From the NCBI GenBank assembly GCA_965285935.1, contig OZ260661.1, positions 27,776,001 to 27,840,000 of the forward strand: a stretch of DNA of 64,000 bases, given 5' to 3'. The notes beneath the pieces are model-generated. The model saw only the letters and a program-made list of their open reading frames with translations, did no database searches and was not told the DNA's origin. The stretch's first letter is position 1. Each line of letters begins with the position of its first letter. This stretch comes from Ophelia neglecta (Eukaryota). Below are positions 38,101 to 51,991 of the stretch, piece after piece. Position numbers and translations under genes: made by a program.

Positions 38101-39204
38101 AGTAAAATGTCAATAAACAAATTTGGTTGACATTATTTCAGGTTCTAGACAGCAATCGATGTACATTTTAAATATTCAAACCAAGGTACTCTGATATTCC
38201 TCTCATGCATTGGGACTACTGAGGTTAATTAAAGAATCAACGTCTATCGAGATACCTTTTGCTCCAGCGATAAAGCAATACGATACGATTTGTGCCGAGA
38301 ATTAATGATGGTAAGACATTCGGTCACTATGTTTTTTTTCGCTTTTTCTTTTTGAGCCCTTTATTTTCCTCCTTACAAATCAAAACGTTCTACGACTGGT
38401 ATAAATAGTAAATGCACAAATTGCCAATGTATGTTATAACTGACTTTCTGCTTATAAAACGAATGAATGTGACTACCATAAAAGGAATGAAAAAAACTTA
38501 CAAAAGGTATTAAACACATTGGAGAATTATATGTATATTTATTCACATTGAGATCAAGATTTGGGTAGGCAGAAAAAATGGGAGGGGGATGTTAATTATT
38601 TTATGAGATTATTTGCAGGAAATCGGGTGCAAGCCAATTTGAAGGGAGATGATACACTACTACACAATTGGAACTATTGCAAACGCATAGGAATTTATAT
38701 GGGAAACTGCAGGAAAAGCGTCAGTTTCGGTCGTAGGAAGAAATCTACTTTCAGTACAAAAAAGTACTTGTTTGGACTGAAAATAAGAGTTTTGCTCTTT
38801 TTAAGATATTGAAGACCACTGACATATTACCATTTAAGACATGTTGAAAAGAATCTGAAAACAAGTTTCTTTTTGTGAGAACATCTAAATATAGCAGATA
38901 TTTTTTTTTAAGGGGGAGATGAAATTTTATGCTCGCTTCTTTTCTAGCAAAACGATGTTATGTATGAAGAATGAAAGAAGCATTGGCATAGTAAATGTGT
39001 CCTGCTAGATCACTGCCGTAATGTACTGCTTTATGGATATTAACGTTAAGGGAAAATTACCAGAATTATAAAAGCAAATTTGTGTTTACGCCGCACTCAA
39101 ACTGTGTACTTTTCGTCAGATCGAATCCATAATACTCGTTGAAACCCGAAAAACAACTCTGAATGAGAACAATCATCTATGAAAAAATCCGGGTTTAATA
39201 CAAA

Positions 39205-39280
39205 ACAAATATTTGGTTCTGAACCCAATCGCTCTAGGCACACAGAATGCAGCATTCCTACAAGAGGTTTTTTTAAATTC
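39205..39280 (+). repeat. Dispersed repeat family B copy (pairs with 3002-3077)
   Basis: Shares ACAAATATTTG...GAACCCAATCG...GCACAC...TGCA...GGTTTTTT.AATTC with 3002-3077. Confidence 0.65.
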
Positions 39281-42200
39281 ATCAGCACACTAGCAGCGAT
39301 TTTTTGGGTGTAAATCCAAACGAATTGCACTCAACGCACAGGCTCAATTGAAGCATATAGTGAATCATAACCAGGTACATGTAATTAATGTTTTGACCGG
39401 CAATCATCATGCATTTGTACTTGATCAATAAAGCAACATGGTACATTATCAGGAGAGGTCCGACACAAGAGTTCAGAAATCAATTTCCGAAGGAGTATTT
39501 AAGCAAGATACCTAAGGTCAAGGTCCCACACGCCATACAGAAAAAAAAACACACTAGTTTTAGGAGCCCCTCTCAATCCAGATAAACCCGGTGAGGTGAC
39601 AGTTGAAAACCTAACCCAACACCGTAGTTTTAATCGATAAAGCAACGCATATACCTCCTGTAAATATAGCGGATTGATCCGATTAGAACAGACAATGAAT
39701 TGTTTCTGTAAGCAAATAGGAATAAGTTGCATACGCCCAGACTGATTACCCTTCCAGTCTACATTTCTCATGTTCTTCAGTATTTGCTCAATGTGAAGAG
39801 AGTCAACATGAACATAGGGATACTGAACGATCGGTTAAAACGGCGAACTAAGTGGACTAATGGAGTCGGCTTTCAGACTAAGCATTGGGGCATGGCAGCA
39901 AGTTTTCGTACCATGCTATTGATTTGCTTATTAGCGGTGAAATTAATGAAATGGGAGAAGGTCAAATAAACACTAATGCCCGTCATCAGTTAAATGTCGT
40001 GAACTGATTAAATAAACATTGCTTATATTCCCAAAAAATACTAAATATTGTTAACAGCGTACTTACGTGTTTTAGAGGTTAGGAAAAGTCATTCGAATTT
40101 AAACTACCTTGAAAAAACTGGTTGAAGGAGATGGAATGAGGCCAGCCGATTGACCTGCTCTAGACCTGCCATTCTGAATCGTCCAGTTGCTGATTAGGTG
40201 TTCGCCATTCGCGTTTTTGCATGCGAGGAAGACCTTGTAATGACAATATAAACATTTAAGACAAGCTGTCCAGACGAAGTCGAAAGAACTTATGGACGAG
40301 GACCAATCAGAAAAAATAGAGGTTTTAGCGACATTTCTTTCCCAGAATGTTATTACTGTGCTAAGATGGGCCTTTTGTAATTATAATTTGCTCCAAGCCT
40401 ATTTCTTAGGTAAATAGCCTATTAAATTTTGAAAACAATATGACTTCAGCAGTAATAACACTGCCCTGCCCATACTGTAGCCACTAGAATCTAGAGGAGT
40501 CGAGGTCAAACTATTCGAAGGCAGGTATAATAATTTGGACATGTGATACGGGATTAATGACCTACTGAGAGAGGGAAAGACGGGTAATGGTACCAGTGAT
40601 TAATAGCGTTGTAGATGAAGCCTGGCCTGACGAATTGCATTGCATTACATATCGTTCTACAAGAGATTTTAATAGATGCCCTCCAGTTAGACATAGCAGG
40701 CATGATTACTCTAGCAAGAATGTCGCCGTCGGACCCATGCATCTTAGAGTAATGCTTTCAAAACAAATCGTTCATTGTGTTAATGTACAACCTGCAAAAT
40801 GATATAAATATATACTTGCGTTAGTGATCACATGCAAAGTTTGAGGGGGGACGTTCGTGACAGACATGTGTTCTTCAGAATAAAGAGGAGTAAATAACCA
40901 TACAGCAGACATTCAAAACTCGTCAGCTGCAGGCCCAAAAAGGTAACTGAGAGGCAAAATAAGAAAAAAATGTGACAGTGGTCATTTTAGCAAGAATGTG
41001 AACTATGACCTACAAGAGGCCAAAGATGGAACAAGGCTTTCCGCAAATGTGAGATTAGAGTAGAATATATCTAACAATGCCCTGGCTAGTGGAGGATGAA
41101 ACGGTTCCTGTTGTCTGAATTAGATTTTTGTACAAATGTTTTGCACGCGAATACAGTTCTTGTAGTGGCAATAACCGATTGTGTAATGGCAGGCGCAATA
41201 TATGACATAGCATATTTGATATTTACCTATGGACCCCGTGGATCTTTATTAACCATGTTGTTTGCACGTTTACATTACTTCAAATATCACAGTTTGACCT
41301 CAATGTTTGTATTGGCGTGAGGTCATTTGACCCATTTTTGTTGCTAGAATATCTAGCCCGGAGCATCTCCGTAGGGTCAATAATTGGTATTCAGGGCGCT
41401 GGCTATTTGATCAAGTCATAAACCTTCAATCCGTCCCACTTAGTCCAATTACCCGACAAAGCAAGGTTAACAAAGACATAATTAGTGGTTGGACCACAGT
41501 TAGAGGAGAGTCTATACGATCATGCGACATCTCCACTGGTCCATCTTCAACTGCCAAGGAATGCTTGATTACGTAAGTTCAAAGGAAAGCGTTTTATCCA
41601 GTTGTTATAAATACTGAAATGTTTACACATTAAAATATGAACTTTGTTAGCAGCAAAGGTACATTAAAGGCATATTTCGTTTGGCACACAGGCATCATTT
41701 ATTATCAAGTTATTTCTCAATATCCGATCAGCTAAAAAAAATCTTGGTACATTCTGCTAATTGAGGAATTATTTTCATCATAGCAAACAGATTTCAACCT
41801 GAAGAACAAACTGATTTTGGCCCGCGTCTGACAACACTGGAGATTTCGAACAGAAACAATGAACATATCGTGAGTGATGTCTTGATTTTGTTTATCGGGT
41901 ATCCATTACTGCTCTTCAGACACATTCCGGAACAGAAAAGGAAGTATGACATGTTAGTGAAGACATGTTAGTGAATTCATTAATATCGCGATATCCTCCA
42001 AGCCATTTGATCCATTTCGATGGACATAAGATGGCAACATTCCTTTTCAATATCTGGTCTGCTATATGGACAAAAAGCCTTTCCAACTATTGCAGAACCA
42101 TCTAATGAATGGAGAAAGTACATTCGTGGCTACAATTCTTTTGCGAAATGCATTACCAGCACAAGATATGGCTTGGAAGCCCTAAGTGAACGTGGCCAGA

Positions 42201-45200
42201 GTGCCTTTGTCTGCACACATTCAGGCACCAGGAAGTATAATTAGGCCAGGACTGCAATAAACGACAATTAACCGACTTGTATATATATCTATGCAAACTA
42301 TACTTTTGCTACATAGCATTTCGTCTTTATATCTGTTCTTTTTTATGCATGACTAGACTAATGCTCTGTTCGTCTATGTCGTTCTATGATTTTCGTAAAG
42401 AACCGCAAACAAGGGTCATTATTTTCTTGGTTATCAAAACTAAGAAGGTTGTCCAAGTTTAATATACAAAGTTGCTCTATCACATTGCTGTATAACTGGG
42501 AAATTCAGATCTTCACTTGGGTCACTCCACTATTCATTTATGGTAAGGTTATTTCAGGAGGTGAACATTCGTTGAAATATCCTATGGATGAGTCCATTGT
42601 AATATGTTCTAAGAATATCTGACATTGATTGAAGAAACCCTCTTAGTATAAAATGAGCGCATTACAGATTAGACTTAACACTGAGTTACTACGGCATTGA
42701 TTCTTAAGAAAACTGCCAATCGTTCTCGTTAATAGTTAGGTTTGACTTAACACACATCTTATCGTTGATCCTATACATGTATTTGTAACTTACAAATCAC
42801 ACTGTCTAAGACTCTGACTGGTTTGGTCTGTATGACTCTTAACAGACAAGGCCTTACATATGAATTGCCCAGGCATAAACACGGCTTACATAAAAACACA
42901 AACTGGGATAAAGATGAATTCAAAAATCCCAAGGGGCGGGGGCATGGGCTGTTGGCTAGAGCGACTTAAACTTGTAAGACCCTGTTCACACACACAAACA
43001 CGTTTTGTGACGCCTTAGATACTTATGGTCATTACTATTGTTAGCTCCCTCAAACGCGACTGTTTAAAAATTATTAAAACTTTGAAATGGACACACCAAC
43101 AAATAATTATTAGTGTACGTGGTTTACCAATAACTACTCACAATTGAATTTATAAAAGTTAATCTCGTGCATTTTGAAGATTTACTAAGTAAAAGCATTT
43201 TTCATTCTGACATGATGTTCGGTATTGTCTGATATGGGTTCGATGACACCAAATCGTTTGTAAGTTAATCTCTTTCCTATGTAGAGTGTATCAGAACGAG
43301 GTTATGGTCAATGTTTATGGAGAAGTAAACATTCAGTGGGTGTGTATGCTTAACGAATTGTTTTCAATTTTGTATAACATCATGGTTTTAATCGATCGCG
43401 TCTCTGACTTCCCGAGATGTTTATTTAAAGGCGTGTGATTTATTAATAAAAATATGAAAAGACAGACATTTAACCAGAATTTGAATTAAGAGTAATAGCT
43501 CTTGTAACATAAATATTTGAGAAAAAAATCGTTGACGATGAAGATCAAATAAACAGGTTTCCATGATAGGTTAGACGAATGTACCTTACATGAGAAGGCA
43601 ATGCAGGCAGGAGTTGAAGAAATAACACGGTCCTTTTGTGTTTCTGTCACATAAGGTTAGCCATATATACCGATGTCTTCGTTTTCCTTGATATGGCGGA
43701 AGTATAATGCGAGACAACGTCAGAAAGAATCAATAAATGAACTAAAATCCATCATGGAAATAAATTAAATCCGGAAAGTGTTTTTTATATACAAGATGTC
43801 TTCACATTTACGAGGCGTTCCCAGTGATGATTTAGTGATGATCAAAGGAGCTTGTCAATAATATTGTAGCTAACGAAAGCCACTTACGTAGTTTTTGTTC
43901 GAATCAAAATCTCACATATATGACATATAAAGGGCAAATGAAAGAAATGTTTATGTTTTTAAATTGCCGGCATGCGCTTGTTCTCTGGCCTACTGAACTT
44001 TAATAGTAAACTGGGATTTTCTGTGTTATGTTAGGTGCACAAGGAGCAAGCATTAACAATGTTAAATATGGCGTTTATTTGGACACGAATGGTCTTGACT
44101 ACAATCAAATCAGGTATATGTCAAGTCCTTGTGTATAATTGGGGGTTAATATTTTAGGTATGATTTTGGCGTTTGTCATTGCTGTTTCTTCTTATTTACA
44201 CTACCAAATGTGATCATGCATTTTACTTTTTACTTTGGAATAATAGCCCTGCAACATGATATCTTAATTATCTATATTGATAAATATAGTGTACATGTAT
44301 TTGTAGATACAACTAATTTGCCCCTTTCTCCACACACACTTCTTCAATGAAAATGGATCCCTAAAGGGCAGCACGAAAACTAAACACAATATGTATCGCC
44401 TGCTTGAAGAGCACAGGTCTACGATTTAATTATTTAATACAGTATTCACTGCCACGTTTTAAGAGCTTCATAAACCTTGTGAACGTTTCTATTTATTGTA
44501 CAACTGGAGCCCAAAGTTTTCACTTCACTTAAAGTCCGGACATTATTTAATACTTTATGCATACAAATTCGTTCATAGTCGGGTATTCTTTCGTCGTTTT
44601 TTATGATGTCAAAAACCTTTTTTTCGAGACACAAAAAGTTACTTGTGCAATGCGTTTTCATCAGTTCCTCCGAACATGCATAACCAAGGTCACGAGCACT
44701 GATATCCTTAGTTAAAGAATGAACGTAAATACACACCTGGTAACAGGTTTATTGCTTTAAATAAATATTGCTGATTGGAGGTTACGTTTTGAAATCCGTA
44801 ACTCACCGGAATTTCGGAAATAGGCGGATCTTGAAATGAAGTCAGTACACTTTGAAGGCGGACAATTTTATATAATTGTTCACACCTTTGCTGATGGCAT
44901 CAAGCACGTTTAATTTAATTACGTTTATACATAAATCTATGTCTTCCAACCAACATAGTTAGACACTAAACCAGTTTTAATTATATAAGGAGATATGTTA
45001 TCAGCTGAATTAAAATACTTATAGAACTATGTCATCATTTGAATTAAGTTAACCAGGGACAACATAATAAGGCACGGTTATGATTTTCGCATTTCGAATG
45101 ACAAGTCTAATTCAAATCAACATTTAGAAAAAAAATAGTAAATGAGATCAACGCAATACCATTGTACGAATTTCTATACCTGATAAGAATATTTGATTTT

Positions 45201-46530
45201 AGCATCTGAATTTACCAAGAACACTTGTACATTTCCAATATACTATAAAACAACGAAACATAGTTTTTCCAATAAAAGTGCTAACAATAAACAAAAAAAT
45301 CTATAATCCATGAAGTCTGAAACGAGCGGTTACTGATAGTTATAATGTAAGTACCCGCCTCTATTGCGCTACCACGTTCGTTTGGAATGAAGAATGTACC
45401 TATGATGCATTCATATGATAGTAGATATGAAACCTATAAGGTTTAGCACACGAGTGAACAAATGTATTGGCCTTGAATTAAAAATTTCACTCATACTAGG
45501 GATAGGGACCAGATTCGTCTTCTTATCAACGATAAATTATCTTATTTGCGGATGAAGTAAAAGCGTGTATGCTCCACCTAAACTTATTAACATCATTATA
45601 TTTTACGATGATGGAGATGACAGTTATTTCCACTTCAGAATGGATCGATCTTTACATCAACGTTACTAATATTACCTTTTGGAATTAATGCTGCGAAGTG
45701 AAATATATTTTCTCATTTCAATCATATTGAATCTTTATGAACAATAAGATACGAAACAATTCATAATATTTAAATAAAGCTAAATCATGTGTCCGTTATA
45801 ATTGAAAAGAAATTTATTGGTACAATAAATGTATTTCTGAGTCTCGTAGTTAATGTCAAGTTATAGCCACAAAGGCTTATATTGCTAAGTCTTTAAAGAC
45901 CAGAACACCAGGGTGTGTGCATTCGCTTATGTCAAGCCTATTGTATAAATTGTACTATGAGATACAATGTCATACAGCAGTATGTGCTGTGCTGAAAGGG
46001 TTCGTGAGTAAGATCAGCTGTCGGCAATGTGCCTGGGCCAATTAGAGTCATCCAAGCGGAAACCTAGCTGGAACTACTGTGAAGCAATCTTTCAAGCAGC
46101 TAACCTGGCACAGTGCAGGTGACTTTTATAAATCCCACCTCCATCCCCCTTCACCTACCTGTTCACTTATTATTCTTATTTGCCTAACGTTCATCCACTG
46201 TAATCATATACCAGGTGTAGTGGGTTTCCCCCCACCTTTGTAAATTTGCAATATGTTATATCATTAGAATATAACCATCTCAACACATGTGTTTGTTATG
46301 TTTCAATTTACAAAGTAAACTCCAAAACGGCTAACACGCAATGGTAGAAATAACTATTTCGGTTATGGCTTTACATAAATTACAAGTGTTTAGCAAAGTT
46401 TTCACATACATGTTCACTTCATATGGCAGTATACACCCAGCAGAGTTATCGACTCGTTTCTTGAGAGTAAATGGCAGTTTATACCCGACAAAAAAAAACA
46501 AATAATAAATTACGAATACGCCATTAAATT

Positions 46531-46570
46531 GAAATTACTAGGAACCAGTAGCCACGGCCTCACATACATC
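46531..46570 (+). repeat. Dispersed repeat family A, core fragment
   Basis: GAAATTACTAGGAACCAGTAGCCACGGCCTCACATACATC. Confidence 0.55.
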
Positions 46571-47044
46571 GTAAAATCGATCTCCGAGAAAAAAATTTAC
46601 AGATAAAATTCAGTATAACCGCATTTGAAGGCATGTATTTGACGAAGTTATTTTTCAGTTATTCAGACAGTCTGTGCAGTACGGTCCCATTTCTGAAAAG
46701 TTATGAATATACAGTAAAATTCAGATGACCAAAAAACAATATTGCCCTTTATGCGACTAATCATTGCATTTTATTCCAGTACTACTATTATCAATAGAAA
46801 TTCTTTCAACTCTTTTCACTTCGACTTAACATATAGGCCTCGGTAGTAATATATCAGACGAACAGTCCTTGCTATACCATATTGGCACGTCAGTATATGT
46901 AATAACTTGGCCACCTAGTGCTATTAAAAATCTTCAATCTTAATGTTCACGCTTTTACAGCGTTTTTTTTTCTATAAGTGAAACGATATAATTAAAGAGC
47001 GACAAGGCATCAATTGTTTCCATTGTGTACTTTTAACAATTTTT

Positions 47045-47151
47045 CTAGAACAGCGAATCGTATCAAAATTACAGCTCACGACCATAATGATAGGAGCTAG
47101 AACAGCGAATCGTATCAAAATTACAGCTCACGACCATAATGATAGGAGCTA
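47045..47151. repeat. Perfect 52-bp tandem duplication
   Basis: CTAGAACAGCGAATCGTATCAAAATTACAGCTCACGACCATAATGATAGGAG starts at 47045 and again at 47097. Confidence 0.95.
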
Positions 47152-47180
47152 AATTAAAAGGTTGTTTCTCTGTGAGAAGC

Positions 47181-47305
47181 GGAGTGGAAGCCCGGCAGAC
47201 AAAGCCAAATCATCAATCTAAAATGATCATTTATCGTTCCGAAATCATTCGGAACCAGAAGCCACAGCCCCACACATCAGTACATCATTCTCCAGCTCAC
47301 AAGCC
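47181..47305 (+). repeat. Dispersed repeat family A copy
   Basis: GGAGTGGAAGCCCGGCAGACAAAGCCAAATC...GGAACCAGAAGCCACAGCCCCACACATCAG. Confidence 0.75.
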
Positions 47306-50300
47306 ATACATTATCTTGTAATGTAAACAATAAAATTGAAAATATCAAACTGAAAACTACTTGCAATAATATGTGAAGCATAGAAAGGTCGACCTTTTGA
47401 ATGTGCACGATAAAATTGTATTTTCAACATGCTCGTTTTTTTGTTTATTTTTCACGCATCCACTTGTTTGCCATGTTTCTGTCATAGCAAAATATGTGAA
47501 AGGTTTATCGTAAATAACGCATAAGTCAAAGGAATCATCAGCGTCTTTCACATCATAAGAAGTGTTTTTTCTCTTTTCAAATTGACTCTATCGCACACTA
47601 AATTGTCCCAAACTAATGAGAATTGGGCCGGCTTTGACCAAGGAACGTGTTTCCATGGCCTGGCCAGTGATTGTTTACCAACTGTATTGTGCCAATATCT
47701 TTATAAATGGTGTCAATGGCTAAATGATGAGCATATTGGAACAAATAATATCTGTGTGATAAAATCAGATGCGACTTAATGTAGCCTATGGCAGGCATGC
47801 GCATTTTACTTCCCGTGAAAACTAAAAGAGAACGTGGCCTTGTGCCGTTTACTATGAAGATGTATAGTAATCGTCTCAGGAATTGAAACACATACAACAA
47901 CCAGCGTGTTCCATAGGCTGACAATGAAGCGTGTGACCATGGACATTATTAGTCACGAGAAGAAGGTATTCATATATATAGTATGTATATCTAAAAACAG
48001 TTTTCTCCCGATTAATGACTCTTATGAAAGCTACAAACTACGGAAAATTGTTTACTTGTCTTATTCACGAGATTTCCAGACTGCAACATGTTTTGGCAGC
48101 GGTTTTCAGGTTTAAGATCGCTGTTAGGGCAGAACGCCCACCTGGTGTTTATCTTCCAGGTGTTAAATATTAGTTCATGAGAATTTAATAGTAGAGTTTA
48201 ATCTTATCACGGAGTGGTATGTGATGATTCGGTCGCTCGATGCCAGAATGGCGTGATAAGGTATTTCTATGTCAGTTTTTATCATCCAATTATCATGACT
48301 TTAGCCATGTTTAACATCCAGACGTTAATGATACTTAGCAGAGAGTAACCTTGAAATGAGTCTGCTTTAGACGAAAATCAAGAAAGACAATGGCCATTAC
48401 ATGTCTTTGGTTGATAACGACATTCACACTTATCGGAGCATCCATTTGAAGAAAAAAAAGATTTTATAATAAAACTATTATCGACTTGTACTTGTCTCTT
48501 ATAATTGTCTAAATTAAGGGAACGAAACCAGAATATATCAAGACCACAATAGAGTTTCTTCTAGATCGTTGTGCTGTTCAGCTTTTTGCATGTTTGTCTA
48601 ATTTTGAGCAGACTGCTTTAAATTTAAATTGTTGCAATTGAATCTCCAGTGAGTTATACCCCTTTTTTCGATTAGATAGAGGTGAAGAGCAGTAGAAAAC
48701 CAATCGTTAAATGACCGGTAATTTAGAATTGCCAGAACGGTCTAGTTTTGCACTACTCAAATGAATGCACTCATTATTAAGGTTATTAAGAGTTATGCAA
48801 TTCTCTGCACGATCAGTGACGAGCTTTCAATGTGTGAGATGTTTACCCGTTTGCCAGATACTAAGGAACATTAAGAGCACCTGCAGACTGATTGGCATAT
48901 ACAGAAAGCCAACCGCAGGCGACTAGCCCCCTTAAAAGCAACCCTGCAGACTGCTTCACTCTCTTATGCAATACTTGATGTACGTGCATCGAATAAACCC
49001 CAAAGAAAGTTGATAGGATATGGCCCAAGCATAAGCTCCCTAGTGAAATAGCAGTACTAATTTCTGCCAACAGGTGCGTTAATATCCATACGAGAAATAT
49101 AAAACTCTTTGGTAAATAAACGCGTATGTTAGACAAAATATATCCTCAAGCATAAGGCTCAAAGAAAGTTATGGAAACATACCTGTATCGATTATCCAAG
49201 TCTTGAAATGTCCGAAGGTTTCATTATCCGATTTAAGGACATGCTTTGATGAGTTTACCTGACGATTATTGAACAGTGACTCAGCAGTGCAATGATTCCA
49301 CTGATTCGCGTGCACCACTCAACGCAGACAGGAGTCTGGCCTGCGCTACAGTAGGCGTTGTGGCAAGGCACTGATGGCGGCAGGAGTTGTAACTAGAACT
49401 GGACCGAGTCTATTGCTGATAGGGCAGTAATGACCTACTTTGTGACAGGTAGGCAATTAATGTGTCTGGTAAAACCATTCTTATAAGTAGGTGGTGTGCC
49501 ATGCGCACGCGTTATATTATATTATTACGGGAAAACGGGTGAAGGAGAATTCGGATATAAGCGATTTGTATACTGATTGGTGTACTGATTTACCTTCGAA
49601 CTCTTAAATATGAACCAGTTTCACAGAAGTGCTCTTAACATGCTGAAATATAGCCTAAGATGTCAAGGATTGCCGGAGATTAGGAAGCATATAGTTTGCC
49701 ATTGTAGGAAATGCTGGCACAAGCGGTCAACCATTTTTATCTACTCAAGAGTATTAAAAGAAAACTATATTTATTAAAAAAATATCAGAAATGTACCCTG
49801 ATACTCATATACTGTTAGGTCTCTGACAATCGGTAACATGAGCAGGAATAAGTAATTGACGGTCAATGGGACATGTATAGATCGTTAAAGAAATGTAATT
49901 CATTACCCGGTTGTAGTAAGTTCAAGGTGTAAGATCGTTTTGATACACAGAATGGTGAAGTTCTTCCAGGTAAAGTGACATTATATTTATTCACGGGCCC
50001 ACGAAACTAAGTGACCATTCTGTTATTTTGTTCTTCTTTTTGCTTCTCATGTTTACGTTTGTATGTTGATGAACTGCGCGAAATAAAAAACTGCAGGTAA
50101 CAACGGGAAACAAACACACAAAGCCTTTGATAGCTTACATCGATATTATGATATTAGGTAATTATACATTATAACTCAAGTTGCATTGTTATGTGCAAAG
50201 GAGGAAATTACGCATGATCTGAAGAATATAATGCATTTTAGAAGTTTTCTGCATAGTTGTACTGTTATAATTGTAGCCGATACAATATATATTACAGGCG

Positions 50301-50590
50301 AAGGCAGCTTCTGATAACGCACGGAAGCAGCAACAGACGATCACCACATTCTTGTCCTGCCACAATCCGCAGCAGAAGGAAGAGAAACAAGAATAGATAA
50401 TACTCCGCCAATGAGATAGGACAGGAAAAAGGAATGGTAGACAATGGCTAAACATGCTAGTCCTCGTAGGCCTATTTCAATGACGACACCTTCTGAATCT
50501 GCAAAAACTTGCAGGGTAGCCTCTTTTAAAGGAAAGTAAAAAAGACTTAATTTACCAAATGTAAACCAATATTTTATAGCCAGCCATCGT

Positions 50591-50840
50591 GGAAAGCATT
50601 CTACTGACCATCCTGCTTCCGTGGAATTATTATATTATATAGTTAAAAGGTTCGATAAGAATGATTGGGCATTCATCGACTTGTCAAAGCCTCTTGATAC
50701 TTAAGTTAAGTCAATTTTATTAGAAAAAGTGGATTATAGTGCAATCCCAGGAAATTAAGAATAAAATAAAAATTCGAATGCTATTCCTCTTCACGCAAAC
50801 AGTTTGTCCTTTACAAAAATAATTCCTCTCCTCGCATGAC
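50591..50840 (+). mobile_element. Decayed CR1-group reverse transcriptase fragment
   Basis: GKHSTDH, FIDLSKPLDT, ILLEKVDY and FECYSSSRKQFVLYKNNSS resemble HSTEHA...FLDLSKAFDT...LL.KL..YG...FKSYLS.RKQFV. Confidence 0.7.
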
Positions 50841-51210
50841 TCTATTTAATAAACTTAAAATTCTTAAATGTCAATAAGCTTTCCATTGAAATAAGAAAAT
50901 TGTTATTTTATTGGTGGAATCGGCTCTTTGTAATTCCATTTATCTTAACTCTACATTGCTTACAGGCAGTGCGGTGTGATTGGTGACTTTTATGTCGGTT
51001 GGTGCATTTGGGAAACGGCGTTGCCGAACAGCAGTGATTTCAGGGCTAGCGTTCCTCGGACCATTATTGTCTGGTGATGTGATGTCCCTCGAGTTTGACT
51101 TATACATATATGCTTCATTAGTATTATGAGGCTTGTATAGCTTTAGATTGTCTTTATTCCTGCTTTTGATGTAAAATTGTGATCTATTAACTTCTGGTTG
51201 GTATTACATG

Positions 51211-51480
51211 TATATATATTTAGCCACTCAGTTGTATATGTATATATATTTAGCCCCTCAGCTGTATATGTATATATATTTAGCCCCTTAGTTGTATATG
51301 TATATATATTTAGCCCCTCAGCTGTATATGTATATATATATCTAGCCCCTCAGTTGTATATGTATATATATTTAGCCCCTCAGCTGTATATGTATATATA
51401 TTTAGCCCCTCAGTTGTATATGTATATATATTTAGCCCCTCAGCTGTATATGTATATATATTTAGCCCCTCAGCTGTATG
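51211..51480. repeat. 30-bp minisatellite, 9 copies (TATATATATTTAGCCCCTCAGYTGTATATG)
   Basis: Near-perfect tandem units. T/C alternates at one position through units 1-8. Confidence 0.97.
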
Positions 51481-51524
51481 TCTAAATCTCTTACAGGGCA
51501 CACTCAGCTAGCTGGTATTATCAG

Positions 51525-51696
51525 CTGGCTGTGATGTCAGTTAGTTGTGATGTAATTTCACCTAGTTGTGATGTCACTTCATATAATGCCAGCTAGTTGT
51601 GATGTCATTTCACCTAGTTTTGATGTCACTTCATTTAATGCCAGGTAGTTGAGATGTCAATTCAGCCATTTGTGAGGTCAGCTAGTTGTGATGTCA
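51525..51696. repeat. Degenerate array of about 8 CTAGTTGTGATGTCA motifs with short variable linkers
   Basis: Directly visible; includes a duplicated unit of about 51 bp. Confidence 0.85.
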
Positions 51697-51713
51697 GCAG
51701 TGGATAAGCAGTG

Positions 51714-51991
51714 GACAATAGTACTTTGTATTTATCAGACAAGTGTACTTAGTATCTAACAGACAATAGTACTAAGTACCTATCAAATAATATTACTAAG
51801 TACCTAACATACCATAGTACTTAGTATCTAACAGACAATAGTACTTAGTACCTATCAGACAATAGAGCTTTGTATCTATCAGACAAGAGTACTTCGTATA
51901 TATTAGCCAATAGTACTTAGTAACTATTTGAGAAGAGTACTTAGTATCTATCAGACAATAGTACTTAGTACCTATCAGACAAGAGTACTTA
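51714..51991. repeat. 24-bp minisatellite, about 11.5 copies (GACAATAGTACTTAGTAYCTATCA)
   Basis: Exact 24-bp period with no indels from 51714 to 51978; units differ by substitutions only. Confidence 0.95.

Noticed and set aside
42936-42990. tRNA-like SINE heads (also near 17001-17040)
   Set aside because: Only an A-box-like stretch is present, with no convincing B box or cloverleaf.
50343-50498. Hydrophobic open frame on the minus strand after a TTTTTGCAG acceptor
   Set aside because: The donor is weak, there are no partner exons and no recognisable homology.
51198-51501. ORFs 51198-51485 (+) and 51310-51501 (-) with repetitive peptides
   Set aside because: They are translations of the 30-bp minisatellite.
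51211-51991. CRISPR-like appearance of the repeat arrays
   Set aside because: Units are contiguous or have short related linkers. There are no unique spacers and no cas genes, and the context is eukaryotic.
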